64,000 bases of DNA, taken from the NCBI RefSeq assembly GCF_036321535.1, contig NC_087437.1, positions 97,776,001-97,840,000 on the forward strand, read 5' to 3'. How positions within the stretch are numbered: position 1 is the first letter of the stretch; the number at the start of each line of letters is the position of its first letter. Shown here one piece after another: positions 36,659-49,399 of the stretch. Source of the stretch: Camelus dromedarius. Taxonomy: Eukaryota. The translations under genes were made by a program, and so were the position numbers. Below the pieces are notes generated by a model. It ran no database searches and had not been told where the DNA came from. It saw nothing but the letters and a program-made list of their open reading frames with translations.

Positions 36659-39600
36659 CCATCTCTGAAGATTCTGTTCAGATGAGTTGTACAGGGAAAG
36701 GAAGGAATAGTCTCAGTTAATCCTTGAGATGAGGTGGTCAGAGTCCTTGCCATCCCCTAGTGCCTGCAGGTGTGTCCTAATCAACTGCCTGAGCCTGCTC
36801 TCCCATGACTCAGGGAGGCCTGGAGAACTGAGCTTTTCTATAAACAAGAGGCAGGTAGTGGTGTGGGGGGAGCCCAAAGAGTCCTGCTCCCTTTCAGTAG
36901 CAAAAGGAAGAACATAAAAGTAATCCAGGTAAAATTGCAATTAAATACAATAATCGTGCTTACAGAGAAAACTGGAGCCTAGAAAATCACACACAGAGTT
37001 GCCATCATGGAGAGATGGAGTTTCGATTTTTTTTTCCTTTGTTTTTTTACAAAGTATTTTCTATGTTTGTTCAAGTCATAAAATTGAGACAGAGTATGTT
37101 TAGGTAATTTGTGCAATATATTCATAAACATAATTAGTAATTCCAAATATATGTAAATATATTTGACATTTAAATTCAAATTAATGTGAACTTTAATTAG
37201 AATCTTTCAGCTCATTACAAAGGGATACATTTAACATATTAAATAATATATATTTTCACTTTCTTGACTATTCTTTTCTAAATTTGGAAAAAAAGGATTT
37301 GTTCTTTTTAATGCTTAAATTAATTCCTAATTAATAATTAATCACTGGGTGGGGGAAAAACTATGTCTAAATTTTTATAGGAATTTGCTGTGATTAAGGC
37401 TAATCACCTCCAGAGTCTTTGAAGACTCTAAAGCTTTTTTGACTTCTCTCTGGTCATTAATGTGCCATTTTTAAAGCTCAATTAATAAAACTCTTCCTTC
37501 TATAGCTCACCGTTGTCCCATAAATTCATCTTGTGAATGTTAATGGGAATATAATGATTACATTCTGGTGTCATAACCACCACCTTTCCTTTAATAAAGA
37601 TTGATAGTGATTCTAAATAGGAGAACACTGGCCAAGGAAGGGTTAGGGAAAGAGGCAGAAGCTATCCACAAACTGTTGTGATTTCTTTTTCAAGCTTTAT
37701 CATACACATGATTTTGTTGTTTCTACTTCTAGGTGCTTAAAAATTATTAGTCTTATTTTGAAATGATTTTTTTTAATAAGAAGACTTCTTTACAATTCGT
37801 TATCCTTGACTGAATTCTACCATCTACTGTTCCCAATACTGTAATTCATTGGATCTAAGACACCAATGATGGTAGACATATCATTATTTTATGGACGACA
37901 AAGTAAAAAACAAAACAAACAAAAAACCACCAATTAAACTACGAAACGATGTTTCCTTATCTACTAGCTGTGTATTTTATACTTACTTAGAGTCCTCCTT
38001 TAGACTTTAGACAGAGCTTTTATTGTATCACTGTTGTGCCTTCATAAGAAAGATAAATAGAAGCAAACTATATCAATTAATATATCCCTACAATGTCTTC
38101 ACACTCAGATCCATCTTGAATGAATCTTTCTTGGAATCAGAGTTGCATGGTGCTCTTTGTCCACACAGTATCATCCACTGTGCCATCAAGAGCCATAGTG
38201 AGGTGGGTATGCTGAAAAGTGCCCCACTGTTGTCCCTGTGTATCTTCCAAACTGTTGACACCTGTTCTGCAATTTTTCATGTCAGGGTTTCATTGAATAT
38301 TACCAAATTCCACATTCCTTTTTCCTCCTTTCCCTCAGGTATTTGCTGAAAGAGCCTTTTCCAGGGAGTCTTTTGCTGATCACCATATGTAAATTGCCAC
38401 AGCATTATCCCCAGTCCTTTTCCTCTTACCCCCAGTTTTTTCTCCAAAGCACTTATTCCTATCTGACAGCAAAACATTTCATTTATGTACATGTTATCTG
38501 TTTTTCAAAATGAAGGATACATTTGACTGTAAGTTTTATGGGACAGGATTTTACTTCCTCCTTTTTTTTTTTTCAAACCCAGCCCCTGGCACAGTGTCTA
38601 CTTGTAAGAGATACTCAATGAAGAGCTAATGAATGACTAACTGACTATTTACCTAAACTATGGAAAATTCAGAAAATTATTCCTAGTTCTCAGGAATCAC
38701 CCTCCCTTTGAAAGGCAGGGTTAACACAGTGAGAACATGTCCTTCTCCCTGAACCCTAGTCTATGGGTAACAACTCCACCCTGTTTTGCTGACACCGTCT
38801 TCCCTAGCCATGTTAACATTAACTTACACACCAACCTCCATTCTGAATACCTTCATGGTAAAACTGCTTCTGGTCAACTCTTGGCTTATCAGTCATTTGA
38901 CTCATTTCAAGTTATTCATTTTCTCAAAAATTCAGGGGTTTGGTTGTGGGAACTTAATTAGATACTGAATATAAATATCTTAGTACACACCTGACATACA
39001 ATAAATGCACTATAAATTTTAGCTAGTATTTAGTTTTTATCTTAGCATCCCCAGGCCTCTGCTCTAGCATCCTACATGAGTTTGATTTAAAATATTCAAA
39101 TCTATTAAAATGCATTCTGTACAGAATGTACAGAAAGATTCCCATACAGATATATGAGAGAGGGCTGAATAAATGTTCATTTAAATAAGATAAATAATAA
39201 GGTAAATGTGGACTTTGCCCCATATCTACCTCCTTGGAAACCAAATAATGAGTAAGATGATGGTGGGGAAAGGAAAGCAGAGAAATAAAGAATACAGTCC
39301 TGCGAGGTGTAGCAATAACTCGTCACAGGAAGATTATATTTTTCAAGTAATTTACATCATCAGAACTAAGAAAAAACAAACAGAGAGGTTTTCAGGCTTC
39401 TGTCCATAGTATTTCTCTACCTGAAAGTGTTTGCCTCCAGCTCTTTTTGAAGCTGGCTACAGTGCATTCATCATGACATCACCCGTGAGCCTTCAACTAA
39501 TCTGGAAGGTAGTGCTCATCTTAACAGATTATTCCCTAAAATTGCATCCTGTTCATTTCCTTCATCGCACTGTACACATTTGTAGTTATTTATGTATTTT

Positions 39601-40940
39601 TGGTGTACTTGTTTCTTCTCGGTCTCTCCCACTAGTGTGTAATTTAATGAGGATAAGAATGATTCATTACATTTCTAGCACTTACCAGAATGTTGAGCAC
39701 ACAGAGGTAATAAATTAATGCTTGTTAAATAGTATAATTAAATAAAGAACGGCATTCAGCAAAATGCAGTGGAGATTTGAAGACATTTTTTGGAAAATGT
39801 TTGGAAATTCCTTTTTTGCTAAGTCGTGTGAGTACAACTTTGTTATCGCAACAAAAATGATCACAAATAAATCGTATGACTCTGTTAGTATAACACTGAG
39901 CAGACTTTGCAGCTTCTCCTTTACGTTTGTAAATCAGTCAGTATTTAAGGCAAGATGAAAGGGTATCAGATTGATGTAATAGAAAAAAAACAGAAAGAAT
40001 CCTGGACCCAAGAAAATCTGTTTTCCCCTGGTTTTCCTTATAGCTGTAATGTTGGGAAAATCATTGAATTTTCTCCTGGCCTGGCCACCTCCTCTGTGAC
40101 ATGGTGGATTCAGACTATATCCCAAGAACCCCACAATCTTTGTTTTTAATTTCTGGAATTTGTGAAAATATGTAATGGATTTGTCATTGTTTATCTTTAA
40201 ATAAACAAGTCAGTAAGTAAATATTTTTACATGTAAAATTTTAATTTCTAATTAAATATCAAATATCAATAGAGCTACTCCACACACAAAAGAAGTTACC
40301 TGGGTACTTCTCAATGATTTTCAAGAATGTAAAGAAGTCCCACATTCAAACAAGTTGAGAAGAGTCGATCTAAGAAAAATGCAGTGTCAGTCCTCTGAAG
40401 AGGAGTTCTCACAGGACTGACCATGAGCAGAAAGCTGGAGTCAACCTACACGTTGTCCACTAGGTGACTAGCTAAGTAATAATCATCGTAATAATTTATG
40501 CAGTATTTACCGTGCACCCTTGCTGTTCTAAATGCTTTACTTATTACATGACTGAATCTCAGTCCTGACAACAAACTACTATTCATTTTGCAGATGGGAA
40601 AGGGAGCCCGGAGGTGTTAATGATTTGCTGGTAAATAGTGGTGCTAGATTTGCACCTGCAGCCTTACCTTAGAGTCGGTGTGCTCAGTTCCACTGCAGTT
40701 CCTGGGAAGTTTGGTATTTGCATAGAACAAAGCATCATGCAGCAGTCAGGAATAATGGGCAAATATTGCATAGCCTCACATGGGTAGATGTTCAACAAAT
40801 AATGTTAAGTTTAAAAATATGGGAGGAAGGAGGGAAGGACGTGTACTGCAATTAATGTTACAGGAAAATATCATTTGTATATATTTATAAAACACACAAA
40901 ACAGCACCATAGAGTTTTCAAGGATAAAGAAGTACCTATT

Positions 40941-41070
40941 GAGGGTTTAGCTCGAGTGGTAGAGCTCATGCTTAGCATGCACAAGGTCCTGGGTTCAACC
41001 CCCAGTAGCTCCTCTAATAAAATAATTAAGTAATACAATAATAAATAAATAATACATTTTTTTAAAAAAA
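40941..41070 (+). mobile_element. tRNA-derived SINE (Vic-1-like)
   Basis: gagggtttagctcgagtggtagagc (A box)...ggtcctgggttcaaccccc (B box), followed by an AT/A tail. Confidence 0.8.
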
Positions 41071-42098
41071 AGTAGTGTCTCAGTAAAGTGTAGAATTTGG
41101 ATTGAAAAAATACTTATTTGCTACTCCAGATAAGTGACTTATGGGAGGGGGGAAAATGGATTGGAAGGTGGGGAAATAGAAATACCACAAAATAAAATAA
41201 AAAAAGGTCTTTCACAAAATGATGATAGTATGCCATGAACTGAAAAGTGTTATTTCAATTTTTAATACCGAGGTTAACAAGAGCGAAGAAAACAACATCT
41301 TTTCCATTCCCCAGCCCCCATAAAGACATAACCAACAATCACCTTGAAGAAAAGAATTGTCCCCTCTCTGCCGTGGTGACAACCACACGCCCAGATAACT
41401 ATATGGGAAACAGGTAGCTCTTTCAGCGTTACTTTTAATCAGTCTCAGAGATTCTGACCCTGGTCTATGAGGCTGTCCTCCACACGAAAGGGTGGAGTGT
41501 GGTGCCTACAAACCTTGGACAGTGGGGCCGAATCCCTGGAAGGATAAGAACCCTACTGATGTACCTTCCAGAAACCTAAAAAATTGACATAAAATACCCT
41601 CCACTCGTTACTAGATCCCTGAGCCCCTTTTATCTACCTCTCTGATTTTCTTTTTGCTGGAAAAGGAAATGTTTATTTCCCAATTCAGCTAGCATGAGAA
41701 TTCAGTGAGTCAGAATGCTAATTTTGTGGTAAGGTTTTGTTTATGTCAGGATCCTTTTGTGTAATACTTTCTGTTCCTTAGACAAATCTGAGTATTTCAC
41801 AGATTTTTTCCTTAACTAAGCCTTGAAGCAATAAAAACTTAAATTTCTTTCTCACAACAAAACAAAACAAAACAAAAACTCATTACTTCTCTTTCATTGG
41901 CATCTTCTATCTCCTTCTGGAGAAACTTGACATTAAAATATAATTTTGTGGAGCTCCCAGAGATGTTTCCTTCAATCCCTTTGGATCAGGGCTCCATCTC
42001 TCCAGTTCTCTAATGCACCCATAGCCCTTTCTAACTTCTGCTATTAAATTACCTTAAGGATTCCTCTCTCCTCACCAATCAAGGAGCTAGGCATCTTT

Positions 42099-42737
42099 AT
42101 TTATTTTTCATTTTTTTAGTCTTTTTTTTCAAATTGAAGTATAGTCAGTTTACAATGTTGTGTCAATTTCTGGTGTGTAGCATAATGTTTCAGTTATACA
42201 TATACATACATATATTTGTTTTCATATTCTTTTTCATTATAGGTTACTACAAAATATTGAATATTGTTCCTGGTGCTATACAGAAGATACTTGTATATCT
42301 ATTTTATTTACTTATATATTAGTTAGTATCTGTAAATCTTGATCTCCCAATTTGTCCCTTCCCACTTCCTTTCCTCTCAGTAACCATAAGTTTATTTTCT
42401 ATGTCTGTGAGTCTGTTTCTGTTTCATAAATAAGTTCATTTGTGTCTTTCTTTTTTTTTTATATTCCACATATGAGTGATATCATATGGTATCATATGGT
42501 ATTTTTCTTTCTTTTTCTGGCTTAATTCACTTAGAATGATAATCTCCAGGTCCATCCATGTTGCTGCAAATGTCATTATTTTATCATTTTTTATGGCTGA
42601 GTAGTATTCCACTGTATAAATATACCACAACTTTTTAATCCAGTCATCTGTCAAAGGACATTTAGTTTGCTTCCATGTCTTGGCTATTGTAAACAGTACT
42701 GCTATGAACATTGGGGCACATGTATCTTTTCAAATGA
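42099..42737 (-). mobile_element. 5'-truncated L1 (ORF2 C-terminus + 3' UTR) with TSD GCATCTTT
   Basis: ORF 42436..42711 MFIAVLFTIAKTWKQTKCP...WYIYTVEYYSAIK is the L1 ORF2 C-terminal region; direct repeats at 42091-42098 and 42738-42745. Confidence 0.9.
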
Positions 42738-44019
42738 GCATCTTTAAAGAGCTGAGTATTCATGAAAATCTGTTTCCAGTTGCTAGAACCACCCTTTCCT
42801 GAGGGGATTAAGTCCAATAGGAGGACTTAATGTGTTGAAATGTCTTATGTGTTGAGTTTAGAGCCTGAGCTATTTTTAGGCCTTTTCTTCTCCTTGGCTT
42901 CCCCCTCTAGGGTACTGACTCAAGTTCCTTCTTTTCTTTTATCTGAAAAAGTAGGAACAATCTCTATAAGAAAACATTGCCTTTTTCACCTAGAATCCAC
43001 AGAATGAATAGTTTAAAAGTGCAGATGGGGAAAGGGGCCCTCAGGCTGAGGCTGCAAAGAAGATGTACCCAGATTGGAATGTGAATTTGTGAAAAGTTCT
43101 AGAAGAAGTGAGACAAAGTTTTTAAGTCCTGAACTGCAGCCTCCATTCCTCACAGACATTTATTTTAAAGTGAAATCTATAACTTCCTCTTTGCGTAGGG
43201 CCAGACAAATAAGATTTGAAAAAAAGAAAAGAGCCAAATAAAATGCGTTCTAAACATTATCCAGTACTTTAATTGCATGAGGTCTAATCCTCATTTAAGG
43301 AGCATTTCTCGTTCCTCAGTTTGACCCATTCTGTGGGCAGGCCAAAACTCCCCCTAAGTACCATCTCTGAGCCCATTTCTCCAGGATGCTGACCTTTTTT
43401 GTCCTAAATATTCACTTCTTTATATCTACCTCTGACATTAATTTTAAGAGGTAGACAGCAGTTTCCTTGGTCCTGAAACATAATACTCATCCTGTAAAAC
43501 CATCACATTACCTTATCCTTATCCTCATTACTCAGAATTCTTAAAATTACTCCCTCTTCTCTTATTTCAGGTTCCAGGTGAATTGAAACAAAATATTTCA
43601 TCAGACCAATGACACATCTCTTGGAAAGTGATTTGTTCCACACACCAGTGCTTCTTTATATACAAGGTTCATTATCCAACAATATTTATCAAAAGTCAAA
43701 ATGCCATCCTTAATTTTCATACCCCCCTTTATATGTCATGTATTTCATTTAGGTCTTTGCTCATCCTAGTTCCTAGGAAGTTTTTCCATTTATTACATAG
43801 CTTTACAGTCAATTTGAAGAGTAAAACTTTTTATTGTTTTCTAGTACTAAGGGAAGCATTTCATTAGTTTCTTAATTTTTAAAGCCCTGGCAATAAAATT
43901 ATTCTGTAAAATTTTACTGACACCTGTTGTCCTTAACAGTTTTCTGTTGGGGCGTGGGCAGTGTTGACATTCTGTTTGCAAACATATAAAGGTAAACCCA
44001 AGGAGGAAAGAGTTTTGTG

Positions 44020-44510
44020 CTTTTATTACAAAGGGAAACAGAGCAACCCTGGAAACTGAGGAGTGAGAACTGTTAAGTCAAGTGCAAACACCCCGAAAGG
44101 CAGAGATCTTTGGACTTCACATAAGGTCCCACTTCTTCCCACGGCGCCTCCTCCTCCCCTTTCCCCTTCCTTCCCGGCCGCCGCCCAGGGCGCTCACAGG
44201 AAGGGCTGGCTGAGGGCAGGGCCACAGCTGACTCTCCAGGGCTGGTGCTCGCGTCCTCCCACCTTCCAGGCCCCGGACTGACGGTCCCCTGCCAAGAGAG
44301 GTGACAGCCGCGGCACCCCTGCGCTTCCTGTCGCCGGCGTCCGCGCGGACCATGTTTTCCAGCCTGCGGAGGTGGGGCGCCAGCAGCTCCTACGCGCGGC
44401 TCCCCCGGGGCCCCCAGGCGCAGGTAAAACTGCTCGGTCCGGAGCGGGAGGGGAGAGGCGGGGGGGATTTTCTGGCCAATTGGGGTTGCTGGGGGGTGGG
44501 GGGACGGCGA
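44020..44510 (+). promoter_or_regulatory. ABCC13: ABCC13 promoter / CpG-rich first exon region
   Basis: Most CpG-dense stretch of the window (~44140-44510), spanning the Kozak ATG at 44352; TSS not determinable. Confidence 0.75.
44352..44423 (+). CDS. ABCC13: ABCC13 coding exon 1: MFSSLRRWGASSSYARLPRGPQAQ
   Basis: ggaccATG (A at -3); donor CAG|GTAAAA; 72 nt, phase 0, fits the next exon; resembles recalled human ABCC13 N-terminus MLSSTQNAGGSYQRVRGALDTQ. Confidence 0.82.
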
Positions 44511-44605
44511 AAGGGAAGTAGGAAGAACTGGCTGTCCAGACCCTGAAATGTCAACTGATGTCTTACACCTGCTTTCGTAGTAATCACCCACAGACAGCAC
44601 GGAAA

Positions 44606-44638
44606 CACGCACACACACACGGACGGACGGACACGGAC

Positions 44639-44690
<52 letters not shown>
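44606..44690. repeat. Compound (CA)n/(GGAC)n microsatellite in ABCC13 intron 1
   Basis: About 25 CA units at 44641-44690 preceded by GGAC repeats. Confidence 0.95.
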
Positions 44691-44694
<4 letters not shown>

Positions 44695-46439
44695 GGGAGA
44701 GCTGAGAACACTCCCCAGGATGGTGTGAAACTTGAGCTATCAAGACCTCAGTCGCGGTGGCTGCTGGAGGAAAGAGGCATCTTTGAAGGGATAATTGACT
44801 CCCCCATAAATAGAAACAAACATCTGAGAAAAGAATGAATGGACCTGACATCACCAAAGGAGTAGAAGTTGGGATGAAATTCCACAAGCAGTGATAGAGC
44901 CCATAAAAACCACAGGAGAGATTCGGGATAAGTAACACTTCTGTGTGCTAACTGACATGGTATGGGACACCGAGGTGGGGGCAAATCCAGAAACTGCGGA
45001 CTCATAACTGTGCCTTGCTCCGCCCCCGCTCCCCGCCCCCGTGATAACACGTGCTTCTTCCACAATAGAAGTCAGATGCTAAGGCAGTAGTTCAGGGAAA
45101 TGAGCCTGCCTTGTGTATCGGGAACAGATTTTCCTAATAAAATTTCCATTTGTTTTACTTCTCATCGTTATACAAGACCAGGTCTTAGAAATAGCCCTTA
45201 AGACAAGTTTTGTAGTTCTAAAAAAAAAAAAAAAAGATTTCAGATTCAGGGTATCTTGTTCAAATTCTGGCTTTTGTTACTAACTCCAAGCGTCAAATAA
45301 ATTTGACAGCTATTCTTCTTATTACATATTGAACTATAAATTTCTTTAAAAGTAAGACAAATTACGTGTAAAGTACCCTTTTAAGCCTATAGAGTAAAGG
45401 TAAGTCCCTTGAAAGTGTACAAGAGCCCCAGCAGGGCATTGCACTGTTTTTACCTCACACTATAGAGATGGCAGGCTTAATCAGGTGAGCTGGTTTAACA
45501 TCATTAGTCTAACTGCAGAGGTAGCCAAAGGCAGTGAGTTACAGACTTGTGGGAAATTATACAACTCAAATAGTTCCCTCACCCCAAATTCCAGTGGGCT
45601 CTTCCTCTACGATTCTGACAACGTTCATTTCCTTGACTGTTACTCAATCTGGATAGCTTTACAGACCAAGCAAGAATCCATGTAGGTAAGATTGAAAATA
45701 TTCGTTTTAATTGCATTTTCTATTTGTAATTTCTTTGATGTCAAGTTTAAAAAAAAAAGTTGATGCCTTCAAAGTATGTTGAAAGCCTTGTATGAATACA
45801 TTTCATTGCTGAGACTTTGTATTTTTGACATACTAGGTCTCAGATAAAATCCCAATCTAACCTATAAACCAAAACCATGACTTTCTGATTGAGTTTCTGG
45901 GGATGGCATAGTGACCTATGAATAGAAAACCTCTAAAACATTTTTATTGGCAGTAATTAACATTGATTCATCATACATTCATTCATCCAGAACATGTTAT
46001 GAACTAGGCCCTCTAAATATAAAAATAAATCAAACCTAGTTTCTGTCCTCTGGAGAAACTAAGTCTAGCAGGAGGGAAGCACCTGTAGGTAAACGGTTGG
46101 ATAGTCAGGTAAGAGTGAGGGTAAATTCAGTGAGGACAGATCTGAAGAGCCTTTAATTCCTCCTTGAAGAGTATGCTGAGATTGCTGTGGTAACGCAGAA
46201 CCAGAATCTTGGTGGTTGGGTTGGGAGGGGAGGAATTACCAAAGGCAATAAATCCTAAACAGGATTGAAGCACAAGTAAGATTTAACCAGGAGAAGAGAA
46301 GTACAAGGATGTGGACAAGGGGAACGGTATTTCTAAGTAGCATCAAACATGTAATAGGCAGAGTTAAGAGAGTGTGGAATTACGTCTGTAAGGTAGAATG
46401 AATTTACCAGATTCGATCTAGTCTCTTCTTAGTTGGAGG

Positions 46440-46605
46440 ATCTTGGACAAGTTTTTTTTGTTTTTTGTTTTGACTCTGTGCCTTAGTTTCCTCTTCTGTA
46501 AAGTGGGGATGACAGTAATAGTCCCACCACAAAGACATGTTGTATTTAATGAAATACTTAGTACATAATCTGGCACGTAATAAATGATTAAGAAACATAA
46601 GTTCA
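46440..46605 (+). mobile_element. MIR remnant
   Basis: ctctgtgccttagtttcctcttctgtaaagtggggatgacagtaatagt...atctggcacgtaataaatg. Confidence 0.7.
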
Positions 46606-47169
46606 TTTGCTAACTAGACGTTTTCCCTTCTCCATCAGCTTGGACTGCCACTTGCCCATAGCTTCCTCCTCTGTTCCCAGAACCCTCCTCTAATACTCAC
46701 AAAGGAAGCTCCTGAAATTAGGGGCTATGGGGTATTGTTAACTGTAGCATCACACAAATCATATCCGCAAGAGGCCACATCCCAAGGTTGAACCCAAGGA
46801 AGATTGAGAGCAGCACAGTTCACTAAATCTTGGACCCAGGCCATGCTGTGGTTCCTCGGTCTAAACTTCTTGCTCCTCCATCATAATTCAGAAATAACAA
46901 GACTAGCACTCAAATGAAAATTGCCCATAAGCCATGAATGTTAAGGCATGTTTATGGGATGCCTACTAATTCCCAGAAAATTTTCAGAACATTTTCCCCA
47001 CTAATATATGTACTTATTTTCCAAATAATGTGTTTGGTAATAAGAGCTAAGATATTATAGTTCATATATTTGGTTGTTTGGGGCCGCCATGTGATAAATG
47101 TTTTACGTTTGTCACAGCGTTTACTTCTTGAAACAGTTATATAAAGATAGATACCAATTAGTTAAATTA

Positions 47170-47392
47170 CAGTTGACCCTTGAATAACATAGAGATTATG
47201 GTGCCTAGCCGCCTTGAAGTCGAAAATCTGCATATAATTTATACTTGGCCTGTATACGGAGGTCCTCCAAATCCAAAGTTTCTTTTCTGGGGGTTCAATC
47301 AACCATGCAGTACTGTAGTATTTATTACTGAAAAAAATTCAAATGTAAGTGGACCCATGCAGTTCAAACCCGAGCTGTTCAAGGGTCAACTG
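47170..47392. mobile_element. Tigger2-derived MITE (MER8-like), TcMar DNA transposon
   Basis: Perfect 15-bp TIRs CAGTTGACCCTTGAA / TTCAAGGGTCAACTG; TA at left flank (TG at right). Confidence 0.85.
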
Positions 47393-48405
47393 TGCATATA
47401 TACTAAATATAATCCCTACTAAATATGCTATACCTACTAAATATGTCCATATGTATTTAGTGATTTATAGCACGTCACTTGCTGTGACTGAGAGAATAGA
47501 TTTGGAGTGAGTGTCCTGCTTTCTCTTCTACAGCCAGGACATTTTGCTGTACAGGATGAAATTTTGTTTCATGCATTGCTTCTAGAATCAGAATTTGTAA
47601 AAATTTGGTAAACACTTCTTGAATATGAAATCAGAACTGGTTTAGAGGGGATCAATGCAAAAATTGTTAAATACGGAACAATTTCTAAGGATGAAATTTA
47701 ATGCTGTGATCAACTGAAATTTTTAAAGTACAAAGATTGATGCTGACCTTTGAAAATGTAAAATTATTACTTTTGAGGCTTTCCCTTTTAAACATCTGTT
47801 CTCTTGGTTGAACTCACTAGGTCAATGGGAAGAATTCTATGGAAATATTATTACCTCCCCAAATACTATGTAATTGTGATAAATATATAATTATGCATGC
47901 ATTTATACATTTATACAAATTATGCAATTAAACACACAGAAGGAAGTAAACTAAATGCCTATTAAAGTCCTTCATTTTTCTATTTTTTCAGAAGAAGACA
48001 AAATATTTTTAATTTAACAATTAAAATGTTTAAATTTAGCTTATATGTGTATATATATATGCATATACATATATACATGGTCATATAATTCAAGGAACTA
48101 CATATATACATAGATAGATGTGTGTGTATAGAGACAGTAATAGACATTTGTAAAATAATTTTCCTTTTCTACATGGTTTCTTGCTATGTAAACAGGCATA
48201 AATGTTAGGAGAAATCTTAAAATTCCTCTAGTGCAACCACTACTCAAGAATATTTTAATTGTATTCCTTAAAGATCATGATATCAACATAGCTGAAACAC
48301 AAATGATTTCATGTTTACTTTTCTACTTGCTGACAAAGACATTTCAAATGTAAAATAAAGGCATTTTCTTCATACATTACTTGTTATATATTTTTTTCTT
48401 TTTAG

Positions 48406-48467
48406 AAATGCAGTCCAGAGAAAAATGCATCATTCTTCAGTAAGATGACATATTCCTGGTTTAGCAG
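48406..48467 (+). CDS. ABCC13: ABCC13 coding exon 2 (L0/lasso region): KCSPEKNASFFSKMTYSWFS(R)
   Basis: tttttag| acceptor; AG|GTAGGC donor; 62 nt; ABCC lasso motif PE..ASFFSK.T.SW. Confidence 0.92.
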
Positions 48468-49399
48468 GTAGGCATTTTATCAATTTGCTTTTGGCATATT
48501 ACACTGGGGAAGATTCCAAGGGAAATGACAGCTAAATATCATTCCTTTAATCTAGGCATGAATATTTGTACAAAATAACCTTGTAAGGATTTTTTTCTCG
48601 TATGATTTATTGCAGAGGAGTTACATATGGTAACATGCTAGTACATACAGCACATATAATAACATCCACAGAGAAGACTACTAATACTCCTGCAATATTC
48701 TTTCATAGAATTTGTATCCCTGTTAGCACTAGGGGAAAGCAAAAATATATATAATTCTTTTACCATCAAGTATCTTCTAATCATTTTATATATACTACTT
48801 CATTTAATTCTCCCCTAAGTCTTATGAGATAGGCATTTACAAATGACAAAAATTGAGGCTTAGGGAGAGGAAGTAACTTGTCCGTTGGTACACCGGTAGA
48901 GGCACACTGACTTGATGTTAGAAGATAGTTTTTTTGCGTCCCTGTTTCATGCTTTTTTTGTTTGTTTTGTTTTGCTTTGTTATTCTACTCTTTACTGGAA
49001 ATACTCTCATATATACTTACGTGTCCTACTATTAGAACACATACACAATCATTTTTGTAAGCAAGACATATAATGTGGTTTATCTCACTGAACAATTCAT
49101 CTATAATGTGTGATGAAGGTTTTAATGCAAGAATTAAATCATATTAAGTGAGGAAAGTTGATTTTTTTTCTAATTTTATAGGCTCAAAAGCTTTCTTTAG
49201 AAATGTATTTCTTTTCTCCTATAACAAAAATTTTATGATAATATGAAACTAAATTTATCATCTTAACTTAATGCCCCATGCTCTTCTTTTGGTAGAAACA
49301 AAATTGCCTAATTTGATCTCTAAATATGTTCTCAAGAGTAGATGAATCATTTAAATAAAAAAAGGGTGGTTGTATACTATATGCCCTACATTATGCTAA

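Noticed and set aside
25000..44300. Possible upstream TMD0 exons of ABCC13 (e.g. hydrophobic ORF 27555-27806)
   Set aside because: No MRP TMD0 similarity or consistent splice phases found; the CpG-island ATG exon splices in frame directly to the lasso exon.
44073..44938. Long minus-strand ORFs (212 aa and 182 aa) with VCVCVC runs
   Set aside because: They arise from GC-rich promoter sequence and the (CA)n microsatellite; no protein-like features; they are antisense to the real ABCC13 exon 1.
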